In this document: positions 48,071 to 56,050 of the stretch, in pieces | Numbering within the stretch: the first letter of the stretch is position 1 | How the letters are laid out: the number at the start of each line of letters is the position of its first letter | NCBI GenBank assembly: GCA_026397255.1 | Contig: JAPLVF010000013.1 | Location: 85,030-149,029 of the forward strand | Length of the DNA stretch: 64,000 nt | Source of the DNA: Candidatus Beckwithbacteria bacterium | GTDB taxonomy: Bacteria > Patescibacteriota > Microgenomatia > UBA1400 > CG1-02-47-37 | Direction of reading: 5' to 3' | Position numbers and translations under genes: made by a program | The notes under the pieces: model-generated | Told to the model about the DNA's origin: nothing | Databases searched by the model: none | What the model saw: only the letters and a program-made list of their open reading frames with translations

Positions 48071-48141
48071 TGCCGGATGGTGAAATGGCATCACAGGCGG
48101 CTCTGAACCGCCTATTCCAAGTCCGAATCTTGGTCCGGCAA
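48071..48141 (+). tRNA. tRNA-Gln (anticodon CUG), with U1-A72 and an unusual T-loop TCCGAAT
   Basis: Hand-folded cloverleaf. The acceptor is TGCCGGA/TCCGGCA (7 bp, perfect). U8 is present. The D stem is GTGA/TCAC with loop AATGGCA. The anticodon stem is GGCGG/CCGCC with loop CTCTGAA (U33, CTG, A37). The variable region is TATT. The T stem is CCAAG/CTTGG. The discriminator is A. Confidence 0.65.
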
Positions 48142-48281
48142 CACTACTGGACGGAAAGCGACCGTAAGCTCTTAAATAGGTTGATGGCACTTGCTAAACC
48201 TCTACTTTGTTTTTAGGAGTTTCGGACCGTCCCCCTTATTGTTCAGGGTCCTAAATATTTTTCTTCAGACAATTTTTGAAC

Positions 48282-49391
48282 TTAATTATTCTTTTTTCGT
48301 CTTATGAAGAAAATGTAGCCTGCTGCAAGAAGCGTGATTCCTATTCCAAAAAAGATTATATTTTTGCGACTACGACTTCCTTGGGAAACTGGGGAAATTG
48401 TGGGCGCTGGAGAAGAAGTTGCTTCTTTACCCAGCACTTCTCCCGCGGCTGAAACTGTTTCACCAAGCACTCCTGGAGCAAAACCTTCCGGAACCTCATT
48501 TATTACTTGACCATAAACATCGGTTGATAGCTCATTGGAAAAATCGCCTGGCATACAATTATTACCGGCCCTAACTTTGAAAAAATATTTAATTCCTGAC
48601 GACAGTCCTTTTACTGTATAGGATGTTGTATTATTTCCACCAACATTTGGATTTCCATAAAGCATTTCTCCGGATTTAGTTCCAAATGCAATTAAGTAAT
48701 AAGTTACCGGGTCCTTTGCTTTCGACCAGATTAAGGTAACTTCATTTGATCCACCTTGAATTATGGAAACAAGAGAAGGAGCGCTTCCAGGTTTTTCATC
48801 AGAACATACAGAAGAAGTAGAAGTTGTTGTTGTTCCCACTACTTCCCCTCCGCTACTTGTGTTATTTTCAGTCGCAAAACTTTTTTCATCACCAACTACC
48901 TCTGGTGAACCATGTGAAATTACACGGTAATAATAGGTAGTTTCTGCGGTGAGCCCACTGATTGTCACAGAATGTGAAGTAACTTTTGGAGAATTATCTG
49001 CTTCTATTGTAGAGTTAGCATAGCCATAGTTTGGAGCAATATCCAATACAGCGTGAGAAACAGTATCGTAAATCACTCTACTGGTACTTTGATGGTCAGT
49101 AGTCCAAACTATTGTTATGCTCGTTTCACTTGGTGCGTTAGTGGTTTCCTGTGAGATTGTGGGAGGTGGATTAACAGTAATGCTAATAGTGGCCGTATTG
49201 CTGTCAATCGTCCCGTCATTAGCTTTAAAGGTAAAAGAGTCTGTACCAGTGTAGCTGGCGGTTGGAGTGTAATCCACCTGGCTATCAGTCAAATTGCTTA
49301 AAATGCCATGGGAAACTCCGGAAACAATTGAGATCCAAAAAATAATTGATAAATTATACCTTAAAAAAAGGTAAGCAATGGTAAAAATCAC
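48282..49391 (-). CDS. Secreted FN3-like surface protein (369 aa) with a C-terminal TM anchor and basic tail
   Basis: A signal peptide, beta-rich T/S-rich repeats (ETTYYYRV is FN3-like) and C-terminal ...GEVLGKEATSSPAPTISPVSQGSRSRKNIIFFGIGITLLAAGYIFFIRRKKNN. Confidence 0.65.
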   Translation of the reverse strand: MIFTIAYLFLRYNLSIIFWISIVSGVSHGILSNLTDSQVDYTPTASYTGTDSFTFKANDGTIDSNTATISITVNPPPTISQETTNAPSETSITIVWTTDHQSTSRVIYDTVSHAVLDIAPNYGYANSTIEADNSPKVTSHSVTISGLTAETTYYYRVISHGSPEVVGDEKSFATENNTSSGGEVVGTTTTSTSSVCSDEKPGSAPSLVSIIQGGSNEVTLIWSKAKDPVTYYLIAFGTKSGEMLYGNPNVGGNNTTSYTVKGLSSGIKYFFKVRAGNNCMPGDFSNELSTDVYGQVINEVPEGFAPGVLGETVSAAGEVLGKEATSSPAPTISPVSQGSRSRKNIIFFGIGITLLAAGYIFFIRRKKNN

Positions 49392-49522
49392 TGACCCCTT
49401 TATTGATAAAATGGCTCCCTCTATCCAAAAAAAGGCGAAAGAAATTTTAGTTTATTGTAAAAATGATATTGTCAGAATTAAAAGAGAAAGGCCTAGAAGA
49501 AAAAAGCCAATAAATATTAAAA

Positions 49523-49909
49523 ATGACCATTAAAAAAGAGTCAGCCGAAGAATTTATCAAAAGAAAAGGAAACCTTTTTAAAAAACATAACACTATTCAA
49601 GTTAAAGATATTGGTAGGACTGGGGTTCATTATTTTATCCGTGAAGCTTGGACGTTTTTAGCACAGAGTAATCTTAAGGAAAAAGTGTTTGTTATCGAAC
49701 GATTAAGAAAAGAGTCGACTATAGGCAAACTGGCTTATGATAACTGGAAAAAAGGAGACATTGAATACAGAATCGGTTACTACATCGTAGGTAGAGTTGG
49801 TCGCGCCAAAGGGAAGTGGATTTGGGGGCAGTTTTGTCCAATGATTCCTCAAAACGATTTAGGTAAATTATTGGACAAAGCTCGGAAAGAAAGAACAATT
49901 ATTTACTAA
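49523..49909 (+). CDS. Hypothetical basic protein (128 aa), first gene of the island operon
   Basis: ORF with intergenic gaps of 16, 5 and 21 nt to the next three genes. No motif recognised. Confidence 0.5.
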   Translation: MTIKKESAEEFIKRKGNLFKKHNTIQVKDIGRTGVHYFIREAWTFLAQSNLKEKVFVIERLRKESTIGKLAYDNWKKGDIEYRIGYYIVGRVGRAKGKWIWGQFCPMIPQNDLGKLLDKARKERTIIY

Positions 49910-49925
49910 TTTGAACTAGGATTAT

Positions 49926-50525
49926 ATGCCTTTATCTGACAAAGCTATTCAAGAATATAAGGATATTTTTAAGAAAAAGTATGGTAAGGATTTATCTGAT
50001 GCTGAAGCCAAAGAACAAGGAGAAAACCTATTAGGATTTTTTGAGCTTTTGTTTAAAATGGCCGAAAAGGAATATTTAAGGAAACAGAGACTTAAAAGAG
50101 AAAAAATTAAGGGATTTTTCCTTGATGCCGATGAAGGAGCTTATTCTTGCGGGATTTGTGGAGAAAATTACCCCGGAAATAATATTTGGTGGAACCCAAA
50201 AGGATTAAAATGCCGAGATTGTTGGAGAAATATTAAAAATAGAGTAATCCCCGATTTGAAATATAAACATGATCATAATGAAGTTTGGATTCAAGATTGG
50301 CAAATAAAATACGACTATGGCGTTCACCCATCAACAGCAAGAAAACTTAGTCGAGAAGGATTGCTTCATGGGAGAGATTTAAAAAGAGAAAACGGAATGA
50401 CTTACTGTACGATTTATTTGGTGAAAGAAAATAAAGGGTTTTTAAAGAAATATCCGAAGAAGCCGGCAATTAAAGTTAAATTTGTTAATCCCGAGATTAA
50501 TAAAACAATGCAACAAAAAACATAA
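49926..50525 (+). CDS. Hypothetical protein with a C4-type zinc ribbon (199 aa)
   Basis: SCGICGEN...(13 aa)...CRDCW gives two CxxC pairs after an N-terminal helical region. Confidence 0.5.
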   Translation: MPLSDKAIQEYKDIFKKKYGKDLSDAEAKEQGENLLGFFELLFKMAEKEYLRKQRLKREKIKGFFLDADEGAYSCGICGENYPGNNIWWNPKGLKCRDCWRNIKNRVIPDLKYKHDHNEVWIQDWQIKYDYGVHPSTARKLSREGLLHGRDLKRENGMTYCTIYLVKENKGFLKKYPKKPAIKVKFVNPEINKTMQQKT

Positions 50526-50530
50526 GTTCT

Positions 50531-51367
50531 ATGCATTTTAATAAACGCCAGGAAGAATTAATTTCAGAGTATAAAAAACTTTTACTTTTTGGTTATCAAA
50601 AAATAAGCACAATCGGTCTAAATATTAAAAAAACTAGAGTAAGGAAAAGAGTTCTATATTTCATGATGGGTGCGATGCAAAATTTTTCTGAAAGTATATT
50701 GAAATTATTAGGTTCAATACCAATTTATGAAAGACCTGGAGAATCTCTATTAAGATCTCAGTTTGAATTATTGCTAAACGTAAGGTTTATTTATTCGGGC
50801 AGAACAGAAGAAAATGCAAGATTATTTCTTTCGGATTTATTACTAGAATCTATTAGCTTTGCAAAAAAACATCATAGGCTATGGGACAAATATCCCAAAT
50901 GGGATCTAACTTTCGGATCAATAAAAAAACCGTGTGATTGGGACAAATTTATCTTGGGAAGTTTATATGATCTACAAAAATATAGAGAAAGGCACGGTGA
51001 TAATAATGTTAATAAGCTACCCAGCTTATACGATAGAACTTTACAAATAGATAAATATCTTAAAAAGATAGGTACATTCTCCGAAAACAACAGCGCTGAG
51101 AAATATTATATTTACTATTATCAATTTTTTTCTCAAGCAACTCATTTAAATATGTCAGGGTTGCAAAGATATTTGAGAAGTAAAAAAGATATTTTAAAGG
51201 AACCCTTTTTTGATATTGATTCAAAACCTGAAGATGCTGAAAGAATATTGGCAGTTAGCTATCAAGCCTATTTTGTAATGCTTCGTCATTTTTTACAGGT
51301 ATTTAATAGTTTTGATAGCCATGAATTAAAGTTTTTTAACAAATATTCAAAAAAAATAGCAAAATAA
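50531..51367 (+). CDS. Hypothetical all-alpha protein (278 aa)
   Basis: ORF in the operon. No motif recognised. Confidence 0.5.
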   Translation: MHFNKRQEELISEYKKLLLFGYQKISTIGLNIKKTRVRKRVLYFMMGAMQNFSESILKLLGSIPIYERPGESLLRSQFELLLNVRFIYSGRTEENARLFLSDLLLESISFAKKHHRLWDKYPKWDLTFGSIKKPCDWDKFILGSLYDLQKYRERHGDNNVNKLPSLYDRTLQIDKYLKKIGTFSENNSAEKYYIYYYQFFSQATHLNMSGLQRYLRSKKDILKEPFFDIDSKPEDAERILAVSYQAYFVMLRHFLQVFNSFDSHELKFFNKYSKKIAK

Positions 51368-51388
51368 AGAATTATCTTTAAAAAAATT

Positions 51389-52645
51389 ATGGGTCCAACG
51401 ATAATATTTGATAAATCGTTCCTTCAAAGTATAAGCGTTGATGAATCCGTATTTCTTCAACAGTTTTTTATAACCAACGTAACCCCACTTTTTTATGTAG
51501 AGACTCTAGGAGACCTTGATTTAGGAAAACACAAAAGCGGGAAACCAATCACAGAAATTATTAGTGCACTAGCAATAAAAGTACCATCAACTAGTGTTGC
51601 GCCAAATATTCATCATAGAAGATTAATTATGGGTAATTTAATAGGCATGGACGTTGAAATGGATGGCAGAATTATTCGTGAAGGTGGTATCGAGAAAGTT
51701 GATCCTGACGGAAACGTTGGTATTCACTACTCTGAATCTCAAGAGGAAATGGCCTTAAATAGATGGCATAAAAGAGAATATTTTGCTGTTGAAAAATTAT
51801 TTTCTAAATCATGGAGAAATATGTTATCAAATCTAACCTTTGATCACATATTAGGAATCATTAAAAATCTTCTACCTAATAATGAAAAGTTATCAAATTA
51901 TTCACAAGTAAAAAAATTCGTAGATAAATTTATCACAAAAACAAAGATCGAGCTTTTACTTTATCTCGTTATTGAATTTTCAGGGATTAACCAAAATTAT
52001 TATCATAAAGCATTACAAAGATGGCGTAGAGAATCTATTTCGGATTTTGAGAAATTTGCCCCTTATGCAGCATATGTTTTAAAAATCGACTTGTTTTTCT
52101 ACATTTGCATGTTTCTTGGCTTGGAGTCGAAAAATCGTCCAAGCCATAAAATCGATCTAGCCTATTTATATTATTTACCTTTTTGTAATGTTTTCGTATC
52201 AAGCGATAAACTACATAAAAGAATTGTTAATTTTTTTTTGAGAAAAGATCAAATTTTTGTAGATGGCCCAGACTTTAAAAGAGGCTTAAGTAAATTAAAT
52301 GAATACTACTTGCATTATTTAGATCAAATTAATAAAGAAGGATTTATGAGATTTGCCCCTCAGCCTCCAAAAGATTTAGACAATACCGTTTCTAAAATAT
52401 GGGACAAAATATTTCCTAATTGGAGAGGAACAAAGCTAGATAAAATAAAAGAGAGAAATCCGGAAGAAGAAAAAATATTATTAGAAAAGTTAAAAAGAAT
52501 TCAGAAAGAATCAATTGTAGTTGATAGAAAAACACCTATGGATGACATTCATCACATTATCGAAACACATAAAGTTCTGGTTCAAAAAGGAAAATGGAGA
52601 ATTCTTCCCGAGGGAATAGAAAATAAAAAGTCACAAAATAAATAA
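51389..52645 (+). CDS. Hypothetical protein (418 aa), possibly with PIN-like features at the N-terminus
   Basis: N-terminal TIIFDKSFLQS...YVETLGDL and later NVFVSSDK segments loosely resemble the PIN acidic-residue pattern. Very tentative. Confidence 0.45.
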   Translation: MGPTIIFDKSFLQSISVDESVFLQQFFITNVTPLFYVETLGDLDLGKHKSGKPITEIISALAIKVPSTSVAPNIHHRRLIMGNLIGMDVEMDGRIIREGGIEKVDPDGNVGIHYSESQEEMALNRWHKREYFAVEKLFSKSWRNMLSNLTFDHILGIIKNLLPNNEKLSNYSQVKKFVDKFITKTKIELLLYLVIEFSGINQNYYHKALQRWRRESISDFEKFAPYAAYVLKIDLFFYICMFLGLESKNRPSHKIDLAYLYYLPFCNVFVSSDKLHKRIVNFFLRKDQIFVDGPDFKRGLSKLNEYYLHYLDQINKEGFMRFAPQPPKDLDNTVSKIWDKIFPNWRGTKLDKIKERNPEEEKILLEKLKRIQKESIVVDRKTPMDDIHHIIETHKVLVQKGKWRILPEGIENKKSQNK

Positions 52646-52755
52646 TATATCAAACTATATCAGCAATATTAAAGACGTCCCTTTTTATACTGTCTCATTT
52701 GTCTCATTTAGTCTGGGGATGATACACTATGGGAGTTTAGTTATAGCGACTTAAT

Positions 52756-52781
52756 GGTCCCAGACCGGACCGCTCAACTAA
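52756..52781 (+). promoter_or_regulatory. Conserved hairpin motif copy 1: GGTCCCAGACCGGACCGCTCAACTAA
   Basis: Stem GGTCC/GGACC. The motif ends 32 nt before the ATG at 52814. Confidence 0.5.
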
Positions 52782-52813
52782 TACGAGCAAAATTAATAAA
52801 AAAACAAAATTAT

Positions 52814-53626
52814 ATGGGTAATACATTAATTACTTACAAACAAAAATTAAATCTTAATAATGGATTTGTTATTAATATTAATGAATTTAAACGTATTTAT
52901 AGGGCTGTAGAGGAAACAATCAAAAATACCTCGGAATACAAAAAAGATATCAGTATCTACTCAAGCATAGAAGGTGAAACAAGTGCCGGAGATATAAAAG
53001 GACAATCTTTTGAAGATTTTCTAAATGAAATTATAACTCGACAGCTTGAGCTACAGTCTGTCAGAATATATCTGAGTTATAGTACTTATTCAAAAGAAAA
53101 TCCCTATTCCTATACAATCGACATGTATTTAGGAAGAGCTTTTGGTAACCAGATAAATCTGAGTGGATCAGACGAAAAATGGGTTTTAGATTCAAAAGAC
53201 AAACTTGAATTCACTTTTAGCAAGGTATCTCTATACCCCAAAGCTAAAAAGCCATTACCAACTAGATTAGTTGACTTTATATTTAATGGTAAGTTGGTAG
53301 TTACGGCGTGGATAATGGTGATTTTCTCTCTTTTGTTTTCGAAATTTTTCCCAAACATTTATTATGCCTGGATAAGTTCGTTTATTATCGCATATGCGTT
53401 AATGGGTGTAGCTACATTGGCGCTTATTAACCAAGGAGACAAAACTCCAATCGCAAAATTCATGTTTGTAAATAAAGAAAAGCAGGCTACCAAAAAGTCA
53501 ATTGTTGATTATGCTGTGAAGCAGCCGAGAATAATTCAAATAATCCTTTTCATTTTTGCTTTGGTAGGTTTTATTTCTGCGATATTTACAATAATAGACA
53601 TTGCTAAAAGATATAACTGGATATAG
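52814..53626 (+). CDS. Hypothetical protein with an N-terminal soluble domain and two C-terminal TM helices (270 aa)
   Basis: The start is set at MGNTLITYK because the upstream in-frame extension is the conserved nucleotide motif. The C-terminus has hydrophobic helices VVTAWIMVIFSLLF... and IIQIILFIFALVGFISAIF. Confidence 0.5.
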   Translation: MGNTLITYKQKLNLNNGFVININEFKRIYRAVEETIKNTSEYKKDISIYSSIEGETSAGDIKGQSFEDFLNEIITRQLELQSVRIYLSYSTYSKENPYSYTIDMYLGRAFGNQINLSGSDEKWVLDSKDKLEFTFSKVSLYPKAKKPLPTRLVDFIFNGKLVVTAWIMVIFSLLFSKFFPNIYYAWISSFIIAYALMGVATLALINQGDKTPIAKFMFVNKEKQATKKSIVDYAVKQPRIIQIILFIFALVGFISAIFTIIDIAKRYNWI

Positions 53627-53653
53627 TTATTTAGTTATTTATAAGGATAGAAT

Positions 53654-53679
53654 GGTCCGAGATCGGGCCACTCAACTAA
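53654..53679 (+). promoter_or_regulatory. Conserved hairpin motif copy 2: GGTCCGAGATCGGGCCACTCAACTAA
   Basis: Extended stem GGTCCGA/TCGGGCC with one G-T position. It ends 2 nt before the ATG at 53682. Confidence 0.5.
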
Positions 53680-53681
53680 AT

Positions 53682-54362
53682 ATGAAATTAAAAGTGGGAT
53701 ACTACAATGAAGAATACAATCTAAAAGAATTCTATGAATTGAAGAAGAAGAATTTTTGGATTGTAATTGTTGTTTTATTATTAACCTTTTTAATAGTTAC
53801 TTTTAAACTACTCCCAAATAATTTTACGGCGGTTTTAATTTCCTTTGTTGCTGTCGGTGTAATATCTGATTTATTGATAAATATGATTGTGGGTAATATT
53901 TGGAGCCGTAAGTCTTTAAGAGATGTTGATGGCGTTCAAAAATATCTATCTCCATTAGAACAGGTGTCTTGGTTACCCAGAATAATTGGTATTTTTGAAC
54001 GAATAATCTTTACGGCTAGTTTTATTATGCAAAAACCTGAATTCATTGGTATTTGGTTAGGTTTGAAAGTTATTGGAAGCTGGAAAGACAATTCTCCTGA
54101 AAATCTGGAGAAAGAAAGAAAGAAAAAAGAAAAAGGGGAAAAAGTAATTAAACTCTGGCGCATAAGAGAGAATATTTTTCTTATAGGGACAGCTTTATCA
54201 CTTTTTTCGAGTTTTTTCGCATCCTACATATATTCACAAATAATTCATTTAACCAATTCTTTCGATAATAAATCTATCCATCTTCAGAAAAAAATTATGT
54301 ATTTACAACATAATTATTATCATTTTCCAGCGTACGATAATTTTTCAAAATCAGAAAAATAA
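53682..54362 (+). CDS. Hypothetical polytopic membrane protein (227 aa)
   Basis: The start is set at MKLKVGYY. About 4 TM helices and a KE-rich loop (EKERKKKEKGEK). Confidence 0.5.
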   Translation: MKLKVGYYNEEYNLKEFYELKKKNFWIVIVVLLLTFLIVTFKLLPNNFTAVLISFVAVGVISDLLINMIVGNIWSRKSLRDVDGVQKYLSPLEQVSWLPRIIGIFERIIFTASFIMQKPEFIGIWLGLKVIGSWKDNSPENLEKERKKKEKGEKVIKLWRIRENIFLIGTALSLFSSFFASYIYSQIIHLTNSFDNKSIHLQKKIMYLQHNYYHFPAYDNFSKSEK

Positions 54363-54428
54363 ATTAGTCATAGACCAACTAGTTAAGTAAATTTGAGACA
54401 AATACGGAGATTGTCTTTAAATTTGAAT

Positions 54429-55025
54429 ATGCAACAATATATATGGGGAACATGCCAAACGAAAAAATATTCAATATTAGAAGTAAGCCAATCACAAAAT
54501 CAAATAGTTATAAGGCCAATTGGAACAAAAACACATTTAACTTTACACAAGCTCGATGTTAAAAAGGAAACTGATCAGTACTGGATAGTTAAATATCAAA
54601 ATTCTCCACTTAAGTTATATAAAAATTCGTATGCGCCTATATCATTTAGTTGGAATAGTTCAGCAATTAGAGGAGTCTGGTCAGATTTAATAGTAGATGT
54701 GGCAAGGAAAAGTGGATTTTTAAATCCGGAAAAACACGCCACCTCTTCTCAAGGTTTATTAGTTAAATGTGTAAACACAATGGGTTACGATATCGGTACA
54801 ACTAGAATAGAATTGAATCATAGCTCTATCAAGGCAAAATATCTTAAACAGGCTGATAAGATCGCTGAATTAGATCTAAAAAATACTAAATTTATGGTTA
54901 GGATAATTCTTTCAACTCCAGATAATGAATATAAAAACAAGTCAGATTGTTCATTTGAAACTAATTTAGGTAAATTATTTATTGTTAATGAAGAGGTACC
55001 AGTTATCAGGATAAAACGGTCCTAG
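54429..55025 (+). CDS. Hypothetical soluble protein (about 198 aa)
   Basis: The ATG at 54429 (MQQYIWG...) is preferred over the TTG start at 54393. The stop codon TAG lies inside motif copy 3. Confidence 0.45.
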   Translation: MQQYIWGTCQTKKYSILEVSQSQNQIVIRPIGTKTHLTLHKLDVKKETDQYWIVKYQNSPLKLYKNSYAPISFSWNSSAIRGVWSDLIVDVARKSGFLNPEKHATSSQGLLVKCVNTMGYDIGTTRIELNHSSIKAKYLKQADKIAELDLKNTKFMVRIILSTPDNEYKNKSDCSFETNLGKLFIVNEEVPVIRIKRS

Positions 55026-55043
55026 ACCGAACCGCTCAATAAA
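55018..55043 (+). promoter_or_regulatory. Conserved hairpin motif copy 3: GGTCCTAGACCGAACCGCTCAATAAA
   Basis: The most diverged copy. It contains the stop codon of the upstream gene and ends 39 nt before the ATG at 55083. Confidence 0.45.
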
Positions 55044-55082
55044 TAGGTACTTAATACACCTAAAATTTGATATTATAAAAAT

Positions 55083-55979
55083 ATGAATATAAATATAAGT
55101 ATAAATACAAATAAAAATCAACTTTCCCTGACCCCATTGGAAATTGCATCTAACAAACTTTTTGCAGTTTTGCTGGCCTTGTCCACTCTCATGTATTTTT
55201 TAAATATATTTACTCTCCCGACAATCATTATCTATATAGTGTTTGTCTTTTTCCTCTGGTTCGGTAAAAAATATCGCCTGTTTGCCAACATTATTTTTTT
55301 AATTTTCGCTATAGGTGTTTATTTTATCCCAATTACGCCCATTGGCTGGGGGCTTTTCCGCATGCTAAAAGAACTTCGACTTGGCGATGTTGATTTTAAT
55401 TTTGCCTTAATTTTTTACCTTGCCGCACTTATTTTTATTTCTTTTTCGGTTAGAAATGTTTTAGGCAATATTTTCGCTTACTTTAAAACCAGCACCGCGT
55501 CGCGTAATGTTTATTATTTTATTTCTCTAGTTATTGTTTTGGCAACACTCTTAGCTTATCCGTTTTTGGATAGCGTAAAGTTACGCGATCAATCTTTTCC
55601 AGCACAAGGAACCGGAGATCTGAGTACAATTGTCATACGACAAACACTTACTTTTATAGATCGTTATCATAAAGAGGACGGTTTCACTTCGAGGTTTGAT
55701 TCTTCCACTAAAAAATATGTTTACCGTTTGCGATTACTTGAGCCATTAAATAAAGACCTTCAATTTACAAAAGTTGAAACTGACGGCGAAAAAATTAATT
55801 TTACAACTGATAACCGGGTAAAATGTTTGAATTGTCAAAAGGATATGGGCAATCCCTACGGCTTAGTTTTCCCGGCTGGCAAAGACATTGATTTCATCAT
55901 CTCCAGTGACCAGTTGATTAGGACAATAAATTTCACTGAGCAGGAAAATAAGCTGGCTGAATTTGTTTTTTGGAAATAA
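55083..55979 (+). CDS. Hypothetical membrane protein with about 4 N-terminal TM helices and a soluble C-terminal domain (298 aa)
   Basis: Hydrophobic segments FAVLLALSTLMYFL, IIIYIVFVFFLWF, IIFLIFAIGVYFI and ALIFYLAALIFISF. Confidence 0.5.
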   Translation: MNINISINTNKNQLSLTPLEIASNKLFAVLLALSTLMYFLNIFTLPTIIIYIVFVFFLWFGKKYRLFANIIFLIFAIGVYFIPITPIGWGLFRMLKELRLGDVDFNFALIFYLAALIFISFSVRNVLGNIFAYFKTSTASRNVYYFISLVIVLATLLAYPFLDSVKLRDQSFPAQGTGDLSTIVIRQTLTFIDRYHKEDGFTSRFDSSTKKYVYRLRLLEPLNKDLQFTKVETDGEKINFTTDNRVKCLNCQKDMGNPYGLVFPAGKDIDFIISSDQLIRTINFTEQENKLAEFVFWK

Positions 55980-56024
55980 TTTCGGAGGATAAAGTTTGCA
56001 AACTACACTTATAATGATATTAAG

Positions 56025-56049
56025 GGTCCAGACCGGACCGCTCAACTAA
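56025..56049 (+). promoter_or_regulatory. Conserved hairpin motif copy 4: GGTCCAGACCGGACCGCTCAACTAA (one nt shorter)
   Basis: It ends 1 nt before the ATG at 56051. An in-frame TAA within the motif rules it out as coding extension. Confidence 0.5.
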
Positions 56050-56050
56050 G

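Noticed and set aside
48142-48281. Second tRNA or a tmRNA/RNase P/SRP RNA in the spacer after tRNA-Gln
   Set aside because: I tried to fold it on both strands. No acceptable acceptor/T-arm combination, tag-peptide reading frame or conserved P4/SRP domain IV motif could be found. It is left as unclassified structured sequence.
52688-52712. Short tandem GTCTCATTT x2.5 upstream of motif copy 1
   Set aside because: Only about 2.5 copies in an AT-rich spacer. It is too short to distinguish from chance and not repeated elsewhere.
52756-56049. Integron cassette array (attC sites) as the explanation for the repeated motif
   Set aside because: The motif is only about 26-45 bp. It lacks the R''/L''/L'/R' core-site organisation and the GTTRRRY cassette junction. 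No intI-like tyrosine recombinase or attI or Pc is in the window. It is kept only as a low-probability alternative within the main finding.
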